From Phoronis australis (Eukaryota; Animalia; Phoronida), in assembly GCA_002633005.1 (NCBI GenBank), contig NMRA01000733.1, positions 95,320 to 159,319 of the forward strand: DNA of 64,000 bases. The letters are read 5' to 3'. Under the pieces are notes generated by a model. That model made no database searches and was not told where the DNA came from. It was given only the letters and a program-made list of their open reading frames with translations. This document shows positions 29,401-40,000 of the stretch, in pieces (position 1 is the first letter of the stretch; every line of letters starts with the position of its first letter). A program made the position numbers and the translations under genes.

Positions 29401-31765
29401 GTTTGATAATATAACATCTACTGAGCAAGCCTCTTAATTTTATTATGTGATAATATCTATTAAACAAGCCTCTTTATTTTATAATGTGATAACATTTACT
29501 GACTCAGCTTCTCATCACGTTACTTGCTCAATGAATCACACCAACTTGAAGACTTGTGGGCAGATGTTCAGGATGAAACTTAAAGGAGAGACTTAGTATG
29601 GAGAGAAGAGCAAGACATATCTTGAGGAAAACACTGTGGTTTGTGGCCATACAACAGTCATTTTAATAAAATCATCAAATTTCAATTTTGTTTCTGGTAG
29701 AATTATATTAGACGGATTATTTTCGAAGGTAATATGCCATGTAAGGGATTGACAATAATGATATTACTGTAACTTTATGTTATTGAACATAAAGTAACAA
29801 TAATGATATTATTGTTACTTTATGTTATTGAACATAAAGTGTAATAGTCCACAACAATGAAAAAACAGTTGAATGATGAACAAAATGACTTGATGGTATT
29901 GAACAACAGAGAGAAATCATACACACCGTGTTCAATAAGTTTCTTATAGACACATGTGAGTTTATGCATATTCCAACCTCACATTTCAAAGTACAATGGA
30001 ACTGTTTATGTGTTAGTGTTTGACGTGCATATTTAATCAAAACTCGACAGTGACAGCTGCAGTCTGATTGTACTCCAAGAAATAAAGAATGACATATCAG
30101 ACCACCAAAAGCACAGATTTTTCAAAAACGCACGATGCATTTTCCATTTTCTTTACATTTCGAAGCTGTTCACTTAATCAGGCTTTTGCTAATGGCTACT
30201 TTGGGGCTATTTTTTATTTCTCAGCATGCAGTGTGATGAAACAATCCAATATAGAAAGCACAGTACCACAAAGCAGAAAAAGATTTTATAATACAGCTAC
30301 TAACCCGATTACAATAGAATGCATAATATATGGATGGAAAGTAACATCCCAGAAGACCAATGGAAATACCAGAGAGATCAACTGCTAACCAACGTCGAGC
30401 AGCCTTCTCCGAGTGACACGAGAACAGATGATATCCAGCTGAGCACAACATGCAGTACTGAAACAAAACCACAAGACTAATTGATCATTGCTGTGGAGGA
30501 TAGAGTTGTAGGGTTGAAAATCATGGAAACTGACAAATTATGAGGGCAGGCTTCTTACAGATTCCAGAGTTTACATATTTATACTGGAGCTTGGATCAAA
30601 TCAGATTTGTGCATTGTCCACAATCTGATGTCATTCTCCATTAAATAACACTATTTTTTACACACAAACAAAAATTTCGGTGTTCATTTTTTCATGAATC
30701 AGAAATAGCTCCAAATAAATAAATCATTATTAAGTGCTATACCATAGCTATCGCCAGACAATGTTTTGACGGACACTCACAACAACATTAAAAAAAATAA
30801 TTACATAGCAGTAAATCAATAACAATTTTCACAAAATAATGCAAAGATATTTCCAATGAGTAAAAAACCTTTAACTATCATACAATGCCAGATACAACTC
30901 AGTAAAGACAGAGGACATGATGAAAGCGTTCATGGCTCGCTGCAACACGGGCAGTTTGCAAATGGTTGTTACAATTATAATGGGAGTAGCAAGACTAGAG
31001 TGAATTTGTAAAAAACCCACCTGATAGCAGAGTAAAGCAATACTGACGATAATATAGTCAGAGAGTTTGGCTGGAAGACTAGGGAGGTACACTATGTCAT
31101 CGTAAGCCAAGAACAGAGTGAAGAAAATGAAGCCTATTAGGTGAGACCAGATGTTTATTGTCTCGTTGCTCCAGACGAACAAACTGAAATGAACAATTGG
31201 AGAGTCTACAACTTTGACATGAATACACTTTAAGAACTCATAACACATGGCATACTAATTAGCTGCAATAGATAATAGATATTTCGATGTGCATATTTGT
31301 TAGAATAAAATAAATTTTGATAAACATCTAAAATGTTAGTTTTTACCAATTAATTAACTTTATACTATGAAAAGTTGTATCTAATGAATTTTCAAGCAAG
31401 GAGCAATTTTGATTGAATAATTAAAAAGGATTAGCTTTTTTGTTATCTACACAGAAGAACATGTTTCACATAGCTTTTTTATTTTACCTTTTTATACACA
31501 TCGCAGGTGACAGAAATACTCTGTATCCATTGGTAACATATGGATTGCCACGCAGGAACAAGGGCAATTCTTTGTAGGAGAACAGTGGAATGTCAGGGTC
31601 ACTGCGGTCACATAGACTGTGTCTGCTGCCTGGACTGACACAGCTGTTACAACCACGGTCAATGTCCAGGTCAAGAATTGTGTACAAGGCGACTCCAGTC
31701 GACATTCTATGGCCTTCACCTCTGAAGTCCCTCGATGGCATTATGTATTCTTTATATTTACCCAT
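23454..31765 (-). CDS. PAQR3: Progestin and adipoQ receptor family member 3; coding exons 31765-31488, 31183-31021, 30457-30305, 29120-28917, 24834-24744, 23593-23454, about 342 aa
   Basis: GCCATGG start, canonical splice sites, consistent phases. PAQR motifs: ELPLFLRGNPYVTNGYR, SLFVWSNETINIWSHLIGF, SAGYHLFSCHSE, DLSGISIGLLGCY, KVPEKCCPGKVDFIGSSHQLWH. Stop TAA at 23454-23456. Confidence 0.94.
23743..23993. repeat. 19-bp minisatellite (ACACACCATCAGTAGTGGT), about 13 copies
   Basis: Visible periodicity. Confidence 0.9.
24203..24460. repeat. About 43-bp tandem repeat, about 6 copies
   Basis: Repeated CTAAATGTTGACTATAGCCTGAGACTTGAGTTTATGGCTCATT. Confidence 0.9.
25329..25751. repeat. 42-bp tandem repeat, 10 copies
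   Basis: Repeated ATATGATGATTTAGTGGAATGTTTGTAAAGTACAACATACTA; source of the spurious MLYFTNIPLNHHIS ORF. Confidence 0.95.
29335..29505. repeat. Degenerate tandem repeat of about 40 bp
   Basis: Repeated TGATAACATCTACTGAGCAAGCCTCTT-like blocks. Confidence 0.6.
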
Positions 31766-32230
31766 GGCAACTGTGACATAGCGAGAATGGTCGTTTGATG
31801 CACATATTGGGTTGTGACAGACGGGAGATCAAACTAAAAAAGAAATAAGAGTATACAACTGGAAAACATTTAACTGGTAAATAAATAAACATGTTGAAAG
31901 TCAACAGAGGAAAACAACCACCTGATAGTAAAAGATATGCAGAAACGTTGGGGGGGGGGGGGGGTTACNCTGGTATGTGGCACTAGGTCCAGTCGAAGTA
32001 CCTGACGTACCTTACTTTGCTAAATGTACGAAAAGCTCCAGGACATGTTTTTGCTACAAAATGCTGTAGATGAGTTTCACACTTTAGGTTAATCGTGTTA
32101 AAAGATTAAAAACCAAGGGATTGAATGAGCAAATTTAAATTCTAGAGTTTTCACCCAACAGGAAGCAGTGTATGAAACTATGAAAAGGTGATTTTTTTAA
32201 TAGATTAGCTCACAACAAATTTGTGCTGAC

Positions 32231-32367
32231 TCTGAGTGAGGTGCATGTGTGTTCAGTTTGACCAGCTGAGTGATTTGCATGTGTGGTCAGTTTGACCAGC
32301 TCTTAATGAGGTGCATGTGTGGTCAGTTTGACCAGCTCTAAGTGAGGTGCATGTGTGGTTAGTTTGA
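32231..32367. repeat. 36-bp tandem repeat, about 4 copies
   Basis: Repeated AGTGAGGTGCATGTGTGGTCAGTTTGACCAGCT. Confidence 0.8.
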
Positions 32368-33089
32368 CGGTCTGAAATAACCACCAGATTTAATTGCTTA
32401 TTGTTACTCAAGACAATAACAGACAACTTGTCCAATCCTGCAATCCCAACAAAAAATCCTAGTGATATTGACAATTCCCATTCATGAAAAAAAATATTTA
32501 AAAATAACAAAAAGTTCACTATCAATAATTGGAAAACCCTGCTCAATGTCAGAATCACTTCTACTGCCTATTTGAGGCATTGGTGATGAGGGGTCGAGAG
32601 GTGGAATTGGTGGTGTCCATGGGTGGATTCTTCCTTCACCCCAAAAAATCCTCTCTCAGAAGGCACAGACATCTTTTCCCTGTCAGGTGAGTGAGTAGCC
32701 TAATTATACAACTAATATTACAATAGGTGAGACCAGAATCTAAAGTCGGGAAATACATATTAACTAAGCTACTCGCTTAGCTCCATGCAGATGGGTAGCG
32801 AAGGCTGAGCGGGTTGCGTGTAGATCCAGATATTACCACACATGTTGCCTACTCTTACCTTTCGGAAAGAAAAAGAGTTAAAATTGGCAGCAACCATAAT
32901 GACTGGGACCTTTACTAGTCAATGTTTTCATTTTTCGTAATCTCTTTAGCCTGAGGTATGCGATGGGCTAAGTTGCAGAATAAAAAATAAGGGTTTTTGA
33001 ATAATGTCATTATTATGACGTTAGTAGAAAAGATAATAAAGACAAGACTCTGCAACATGGGCATGAAAAAATGGCACCGACAGTTAGTT

Positions 33090-33560
33090 CAGCAATTCAT
33101 TGGATCCTGGAGCACAAGCTCAATGTCGCTGGCGTATCTCACTACCTCGACGACTTCGTTTTTGTGCCCCCCATCTTTGCCTAAATGCCCAAAGGCCCTC
33201 GCCACATTCATGTCACTCAGTGAATCGGTCAGCATCCCCATCAAGACACTTATCTTGACTCAATGACCATGACAGCTTCTCTCACTCATGACAAGGTGGT
33301 CAAGGCTACGGAGCTTCTTCTTGAATTCCATAATAAAGCACTGGACGCTCACCCCTTGGGATCTCCAATCATTGATTGGCCTACTCAACTTCGCTTGTTC
33401 AGTCATCGTGCCAGGCCGTGCCTTTCTTCGTCATCTCATCAAGCTTACCATTGGTATTTCCATACCAGACCACTACGTCACTCTAAACAAAAAGGAGCTA
33501 CAGAGCAGACCACAGGGTCTGGTCAATTTTCCTCAAGGAAAACCTTGTTCCTGTTCGACG
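33090..33560 (+). mobile_element. DIRS/Ngaro (tyrosine-recombinase retrotransposon) RT/RNase H fragment, degraded
   Basis: GVSHYLDDFVF (YLDD starting 33143), then LATFMSLSESVSIPIK and LQSLIGLLNFACSVIVPGRAFLRHLIKLT across frameshifts. Confidence 0.7.
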
Positions 33561-33624
33561 AATAGACATCTTCTAATACTATCAAACTGTACATGATGTA
33601 TTTTACTAATTAAGCAACCAATAG

Positions 33625-34060
33625 CTGCAATGTCTACAATTACGCAGACGACAAAGCCTAATTTTCTCTCATGGTGACCTAAATGCTATATTCTCAATCG
33701 TGCTAGCAAAAATGACATGCAATGGTTCACAGAAAACAACACGACTACCAACCCTGACTAGTTGCAGCGCATAAATGCCTCAAAGAAAATTATTTTCTTC
33801 TGGTTGATGACTCGGCCACCAATAGCAAAGACAGACTGAGTGTAAAATTATTAGGAATTACGCTTGACAAAATACTTGATTTTAATAGCCATGCATGCAT
33901 CAATTATTTGTAAAAAGGTTTCATGTGGTCTTTATATCTGTAATGATCACATTTTGATTATTGTTGCCTTGTATGGTTCCAATGTAGTGTTCAAAACAGC
34001 AAAAAAGTAGAACAAAATCAAGTTACATGCCCTTTGTTATGTTTTCAATGACCATAGTTC
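33625..34060 (+). mobile_element. CR1/L2-group LINE reverse transcriptase 3' fragment, degraded
   Basis: Collinear peptides VYNYADD, WFTENN, VKLLGITLDKILDFNSH, FDYCCLVW, ALCYVFND. Confidence 0.7.
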
Positions 34061-34177
34061 ATGTAAACCGTTATTTAGAGAAAAGTGTAAAACACATAAA
34101 TTTTGTTTAGGAAAATGTTATGCACTGAGGTTTTAAACACATAAATAAAAAAGATTGGCTCGCAGTCTAGGAAATGT

Positions 34178-34361
34178 TTTTGTTGTGTAGCACATGTATA
34201 TTTTATTGTGTAGCACATGTATATTTTGCTGTGTAGCACATGTATATTTTGCTGTGTAGCACATGTATATTTTGCTGTGTAGCACATGTATATTTTGCTG
34301 TGTAGCACATGTATATTTTGTTGTGTAGCACATGTATATTTTGTTGTGTAGCACATGTATA
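34178..34361. repeat. 22-bp minisatellite, about 8 copies
   Basis: Repeated TTTTGCTGTGTAGCACATGTATA. Confidence 0.9.
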
Positions 34362-34582
34362 TGGACTATATGGAATAGCATATCAAATACAGTAGCTCTG
34401 TATACCAGACTTTCATACCAAAACATATAGCCAAAAATATCTTAGCTACATAGATGTTAAGCGGTGGGATTTAATCCCAAATAATGTACGCAACATGAAT
34501 GATCCAAATGACTTTGTAAGGCATATTAACATATTTTTGACGACTTATCTGAGTGTCACAGTTGTGAGTATTGTAGGATTAA

Positions 34583-36546
34583 AGGAGAATGCCACCTGAT
34601 TTAATTAGTCTTTTTTACCGTCTTAATTGTTCTATATCCACATCGCCTCTTATACTGTCGACCTCACCTTGCCGAGAGGTGTCGCGTTAACCTGTGAGGA
34701 AGGTGAGAAATGACACAGCGACGTCAGTGGTTTGTCTGCAGAGTGAATGCCGCTATTGCGGTGCATGGTTCCCGCCTGTCCAAACTATGAAGCTGCGAAG
34801 AAAGCGGGTATATCGTTTTTTCGACTTCCTCGAGAGCCTGAAATGCTTAGGAAGGGGCTCGCGGTAGTGAAGAATGAAAGGTACGTTGTTAATAGCAAGT
34901 TATGAGGCTGTGAAACATCTCCGTGTCTGCGGCCGGCATTTCGTCGACAGTGATTTCTCTAAAGAATTCCGGCTTAACAAAGAACTATCCATACGTTCCG
35001 TTGCCTCTCTAGTATTTCTTGATCAGCGTATTCCAGTTTGAACTGATAGCCTGTGAAACCTAACGATCCAACCCGTGAAGTCTTCGTTGGATGAGCTCTT
35101 GAATAAGTCGGGATTAGCGTCGGGCGAGTTGCCATGTAGACGTTTATTATTCTGCGTTCTGTTTGAAATTAAATTATTCTCATCCTAACCAATGCTTATA
35201 TAAAACTAAACAAAGTCTGTGTCATAAGATACAAATAGATACAGTGCCTTTGCAGTATTCTGGAGTACAAATGTTGAGAAGCCAGCCACCGGGCACCGAG
35301 GCCGTGTGAGCGCATGCTAATTCAGTGTTTGCTGACAGAAAGTTGTTGTGAAACAATTACTCGATTTTATATGCTACGGTCACATGTTAGGGGAATCTTT
35401 ATTTAGAAATACAAACACATTATTCAAATCATTGTTACTGTACAACCTTTGCCGTGACAGTCTGTGGAGGGGAACCTGACTTCGCGGCCCCCGACAAGTA
35501 AGTAGATTTTCAGTTTCGTGGCTAATTCACATAAATAATTACGTCCATATTATTTCTTTGGCTCACTATTACAGTCTTTTCGTGACTGGAGGTTAAGTTT
35601 CCAACTCAAGCTGGTTTATGTTCGTGCCAGTCTCGGCGGCCGCAACGGGTCTGATCATGCAGGTTCCAAGCCACTGGTCAGGATAACGAGTCAGTCCGGC
35701 CGTGACGGGCCTGATCAGGTTCCGAGCCACTGGCCGGGAACAAGCGTTTTGTGTGTTTAGACCTCAGAAAATCACAAGTCTAAACAACACAGATCTAGGT
35801 TCTCCTGTCTGTATTTCACGGAAGAATACTTCGAATTCATCTCCGAACAGACCCCAAACACCTGCTACTCGACAGACCTTGGTAAATTGGCCTGCCGAAC
35901 TTTGTAGGCTACGGTGAGTCCACCAATAAATCCGTGACAGCGAAATAAAACAACACATTTTTATACTGGGAACTCGGTGTATTTTTAAGGGTTTTATATC
36001 AAACTTTGATTATTTATTGGTGTTAAACGATGAATTCAAGCGATAAGCTGACTGACACCAGTAACCGGTAATAGTCGGATAAGTTGGTCCCATTTCAAAT
36101 TCTGTCAGGAATACTTAAAAAATAAAATGAAGTGTCGCAATATACAATTACCCACTCTTATGGATCACGCGCGCCACTCTACTCACACTTTTTCGTGAAA
36201 TCTACAACATTTGAGAAGATACNACCAATAAATCCGTGACAGCGAAATAAAACAACACATTTTTATACTGGGAACTCGGTGTATTTTTAAGGGTTTTATA
36301 TCAAACTTTGATTATTTATTGGTGTTAAACGATGAATTCAAGCGATAAGCTGACTGACACCAGTAACCATTGTTGTGAACTGCTGAACAGACTGTGGGTT
36401 TAAAACCAATTACGTCAATGGATAATTTCAACACCTCCATCTACCGTCAGGTGTCAGATAACGCAACCAAACGTGCTGTTATCGAGTAGAACTACTCGAT
36501 CTAAATTCAATACAAAATAGGTCGTTTTTTTGGGTGGCATTCTCCT
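34583..36546 (+). mobile_element. Non-autonomous Kolobok-type transposon, family A copy 2, with THAP and KolX-like 5' relics
   Basis: TTAA|AGGAGAATGCCACC ... GGTGGCATTCTCCT|TTAG. The + strand 34747-34957 reads MPLLRCMVPACPNY..GISFFRLPREPEMLRK.LAVVK..(frameshift)YEAVKHLRVCGRHFVDSDF (THAP C2CH). The - strand from ATG 35135 reads ..GYQFKLEYADQEILER. Confidence 0.85.
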
Positions 36547-36724
36547 TTAGCCCAATTGCAACATTTTAAACCAAAAAAGTTACCCATTTTTTCTCATGAA
36601 TGTACAGTTTTCTAAAGGTGTTGTATGTTCCTTCCTCAATTTTTGTTAGGGTCTAGCACATGTGCTCATGTGTTATCTGTTTGTGAACCATACCGACGTG
36701 AAATAAACCTTTAGGCCTACTTAC

Positions 36725-37038
36725 TTACTTGAAGACGCCGAGGAACATGTACTGTCTGATGACTGATATATAGGCATCTGACGCCTGTGACTATGAGGCA
36801 GCCTGGTTATGATTGAAATGAACTGAGGCAAAAACCACCTACGTCTTTATCCTGACAGAGTCTATTCTTATGGTCTTACCAATGTTCGGATAACACCAGC
36901 TTGCTGTTTAACCTAACGATGACTTTATTTTGTTGTAAGCCCTAGGCCTATGCCGTCCAACGGCAACAACAAACGCCAATAGGTGGCGTTGGAATGTGTG
37001 GTCTTTCTGATTTGAAGTACAAAATCACCAGTTTCAAA
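36725..37038. promoter_or_regulatory. Probable bidirectional promoter / non-coding first exon region between PAQR3 (-) and coilin (+)
   Basis: The PAQR3 ATG exon has an acceptor at 31834-31835 and an in-frame upstream stop, so a 5'UTR exon is required. Minus-strand GTAAGT donors lie at about 36718-36728 and GTAAG at about 36874-36878. CCAAT at about 36976; coilin ATG at 37039. Confidence 0.45.
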
Positions 37039-40000
37039 ATGTCTGCCTCCAGTCGAGTACGGATTGAGTTTGACAAAACCCTTTTCCTCAGTGACAACGC
37101 TGGCACAAGTTCATGGATGTTGATAGATTGTAATGAATATCCAACAGTAGAAAACGTTCAACAGCACATTAAGAAGCGATACCTCCTTAATTCGTGCGGC
37201 CCGATGGTTGTACGTCTCTACCTCCAAAATGCTTGGTTGCCGCCGTGGGAACGAACCTCAATAATCAGAGAAAATGATTTGATCAGGTAGGTTATGATAG
37301 TTCGTTTCAGGACAACAGTTTATCTCAAATCTTTCTTAAAGTGACCAAGTGCTAAATTGCAGTTGGCTATTAGTGAGAGGACGGCAAGTGTAAAAGAACA
37401 CTTTTCAGCCAACATGTTTCATAACATTGACAATGTCATTGTTTTTGTGGTAAAAGCCAAGTAAACGGGTCCCTCTTCAAAATTATGGAAATGGCCACCG
37501 GAAACCAATTTTCACTTAATAACGCCAATTTTAAATAGCAGAACTTTTAAAAGTTGTATACAAGTAAAAAAATAGTCATAAATGGTGTTGTGACTAGGCT
37601 CGCGCTAGCCGCTCGTCATTGGCGAATTCTGAGTGTCACTGGCGATGGTAGAGCTAAGTCCATTTGCCAACTTGGTGAATGCTTTTGCAACTTGACAATA
37701 ATTAATTTAAGGAAACCTACTCACATGTCCATTCACAGTCAGCTTGAATCAAGTCGTGCCGCAAACGACATTCTTACTTCGATTCCGAGTCCTAAAAATA
37801 GCAAGCGAATGTTCCATTTCATGTCCGTCACTCCCCCTGAAATCATTCTTTTACTGCAACGAAATGTTCAACTGTGTAGGGGGGAGGGGTGCCCTTGTCG
37901 TCTGCAAGTGACTGTTTCAGCAGTGGCAAAAAGGAAGCAAGGTAAAGCAAATGTCAATTTGTTAATATATAGACGCTGAGGTTGGCTAGTAATGAAATAT
38001 ATCAAGTATCAATTTGCTACTTAATGAATTTTATATTTACTTCTCTGCACGATTTAGCTTTATTTTGTAAGCCAAAAGTTATGTTAATGTTTTTGGACCT
38101 AAATGTCTTACTCATCAAAATGCCCATGAGGCTGGCATATCTCTGCTGTAACCTGGGGACAGAGGGGAATTCCTACCCATTTTTTTACACCAAAATCAAT
38201 GAAATGCATAACCCCTGCAGGGATAGGGACAACCACTGCCCAATTTTTTGGATCAACATCAATGAAATGCCAATGTGGCAGGCATACCCCGCCGTAACCA
38301 GGGAATATAGAGAAAGTGTTTGGCTTACAATTTTTGAAAATGGCTAAAAGTTTTCAGATGCTTTAGCTATTTAGGCTAATACCTTTAAAAGTCTAGTGTG
38401 AGCGTAGTGTGACAGTTGTTCTCTTTCTGAATTCTGTCGAAGAAATTAGATTTCTGTTATCAGTGTCTTGAATCCTCCTTGAATCAATGACTATTATACA
38501 TACATATATAGTCTTAAAAGACTATATATGTATGTATAATAGTCATTGATTACTTTCAAATATCAAAACAAGGCAAGGAGACTTTCAAAAGTGAAGTAGT
38601 AAAACCTTAGTCCCACTCCTGTCACTTTAAGTTGCACATAGTAAGTAGGAATGACTTGTGTAGATGCATGACTATTTGCAGGGCCGTAGGAAGTGGGGGG
38701 GGGAGGGGCCACGGGGAGGGGCTGGGGGGAGGGCACATGAAAATTTTCAGGCATACATCAGGGTTACACCGTGGCAACCGACATACATGTGGGGCGAAAA
38801 AATTTGTAACACAAAGCCGCTTTGTGGAGCATATCAATATACTGGATTTTTAATTCAATAAGTCAATTTTGCGACTGCAAAACCACATTTTTCCAGACGC
38901 CCCTCTCTGGCAAGGGATAACGGAGACAACTGACGCTTTTTTCTTATATCACACACACACACACACATTTCTTGATTTTTCAAAATATAGATATTTTCAT
39001 ATTGAGTGGCCCCACCCTTGAAGAAGGCCATTGATGACGTTGAAGTGGCCACCTTTTTACGTTTTTATTGACAAATTCTTAAGGGTCCACTCACGGAGAT
39101 TGGGCCCAAAGTAGGCCTTCATTCAGCGTACGTCCTGGGCGTTCATTTGGACACCCTAGAACTAATCTGGACGCCCTGGCAAGGACGCCCAATGTATCAT
39201 TTGGACGCCTTGTCAATCAGAATTTCTCCAGGTAGGATATCCACGTTGTAAGATTACTAGGACTCCCAGTTAACAAAAGAGAGAAGTTGGCACTTTCATC
39301 TCAGAAAGAAATATACAATGTATTTAAAAAAGGTTACAGTGTTCAAACCATTCTCAAACTATTTAGTAGACCTGTCAATCATTAGCACCTGTTTGGTTGC
39401 CAGAGTGTCTCTGCTTTCAGAGGTCTAAAATCTTTCTGTAATTCAGGGGCCCGTTCCAACAAAACTGACTTAGCTAAGACAAATCTTAAATTTTAGTAAA
39501 TTTTAAGATAAAACTTAAATTTTTCTCGGGACCGTTTCAAGAAAGAGGTCTTAAGGTTGAATTAGGTTTTTGATAAAAGTTGTGTCCTAATTTTAACTAT
39601 CTCACCGGATGTGGAGGTTTCAAAGTATGGATGTTAAGACAAATCTTAGACTTAAGTCAAAAATGAACTTAAGTCAGTTTCTTGGAACAGGCCCCAGTGC
39701 TTTATACAGGAACACGGGCTTTGGTTAACTCCAGACCTGGTGTTTCCGGGCTGTAGTTTCATGTTTTTCATCTTTTTTTAAAAACATCAAAAGTGAAATA
39801 AATGTTATAATTTTAATAATATGATGTGCCACAAGAATATGCCCATTTAAAATGTTTGAGTATGCACCCGTTCCAGGCTTTTCTATGTGCGTCTTAATAT
39901 GCAGCAGCAGTAGTGACACCTGTTGCCAAAATATAAACCACTCATCATCAGTGCTTTTGTCTTGTGTTGGTAACTGCAGCTTTGATGACTCATTGTATGG

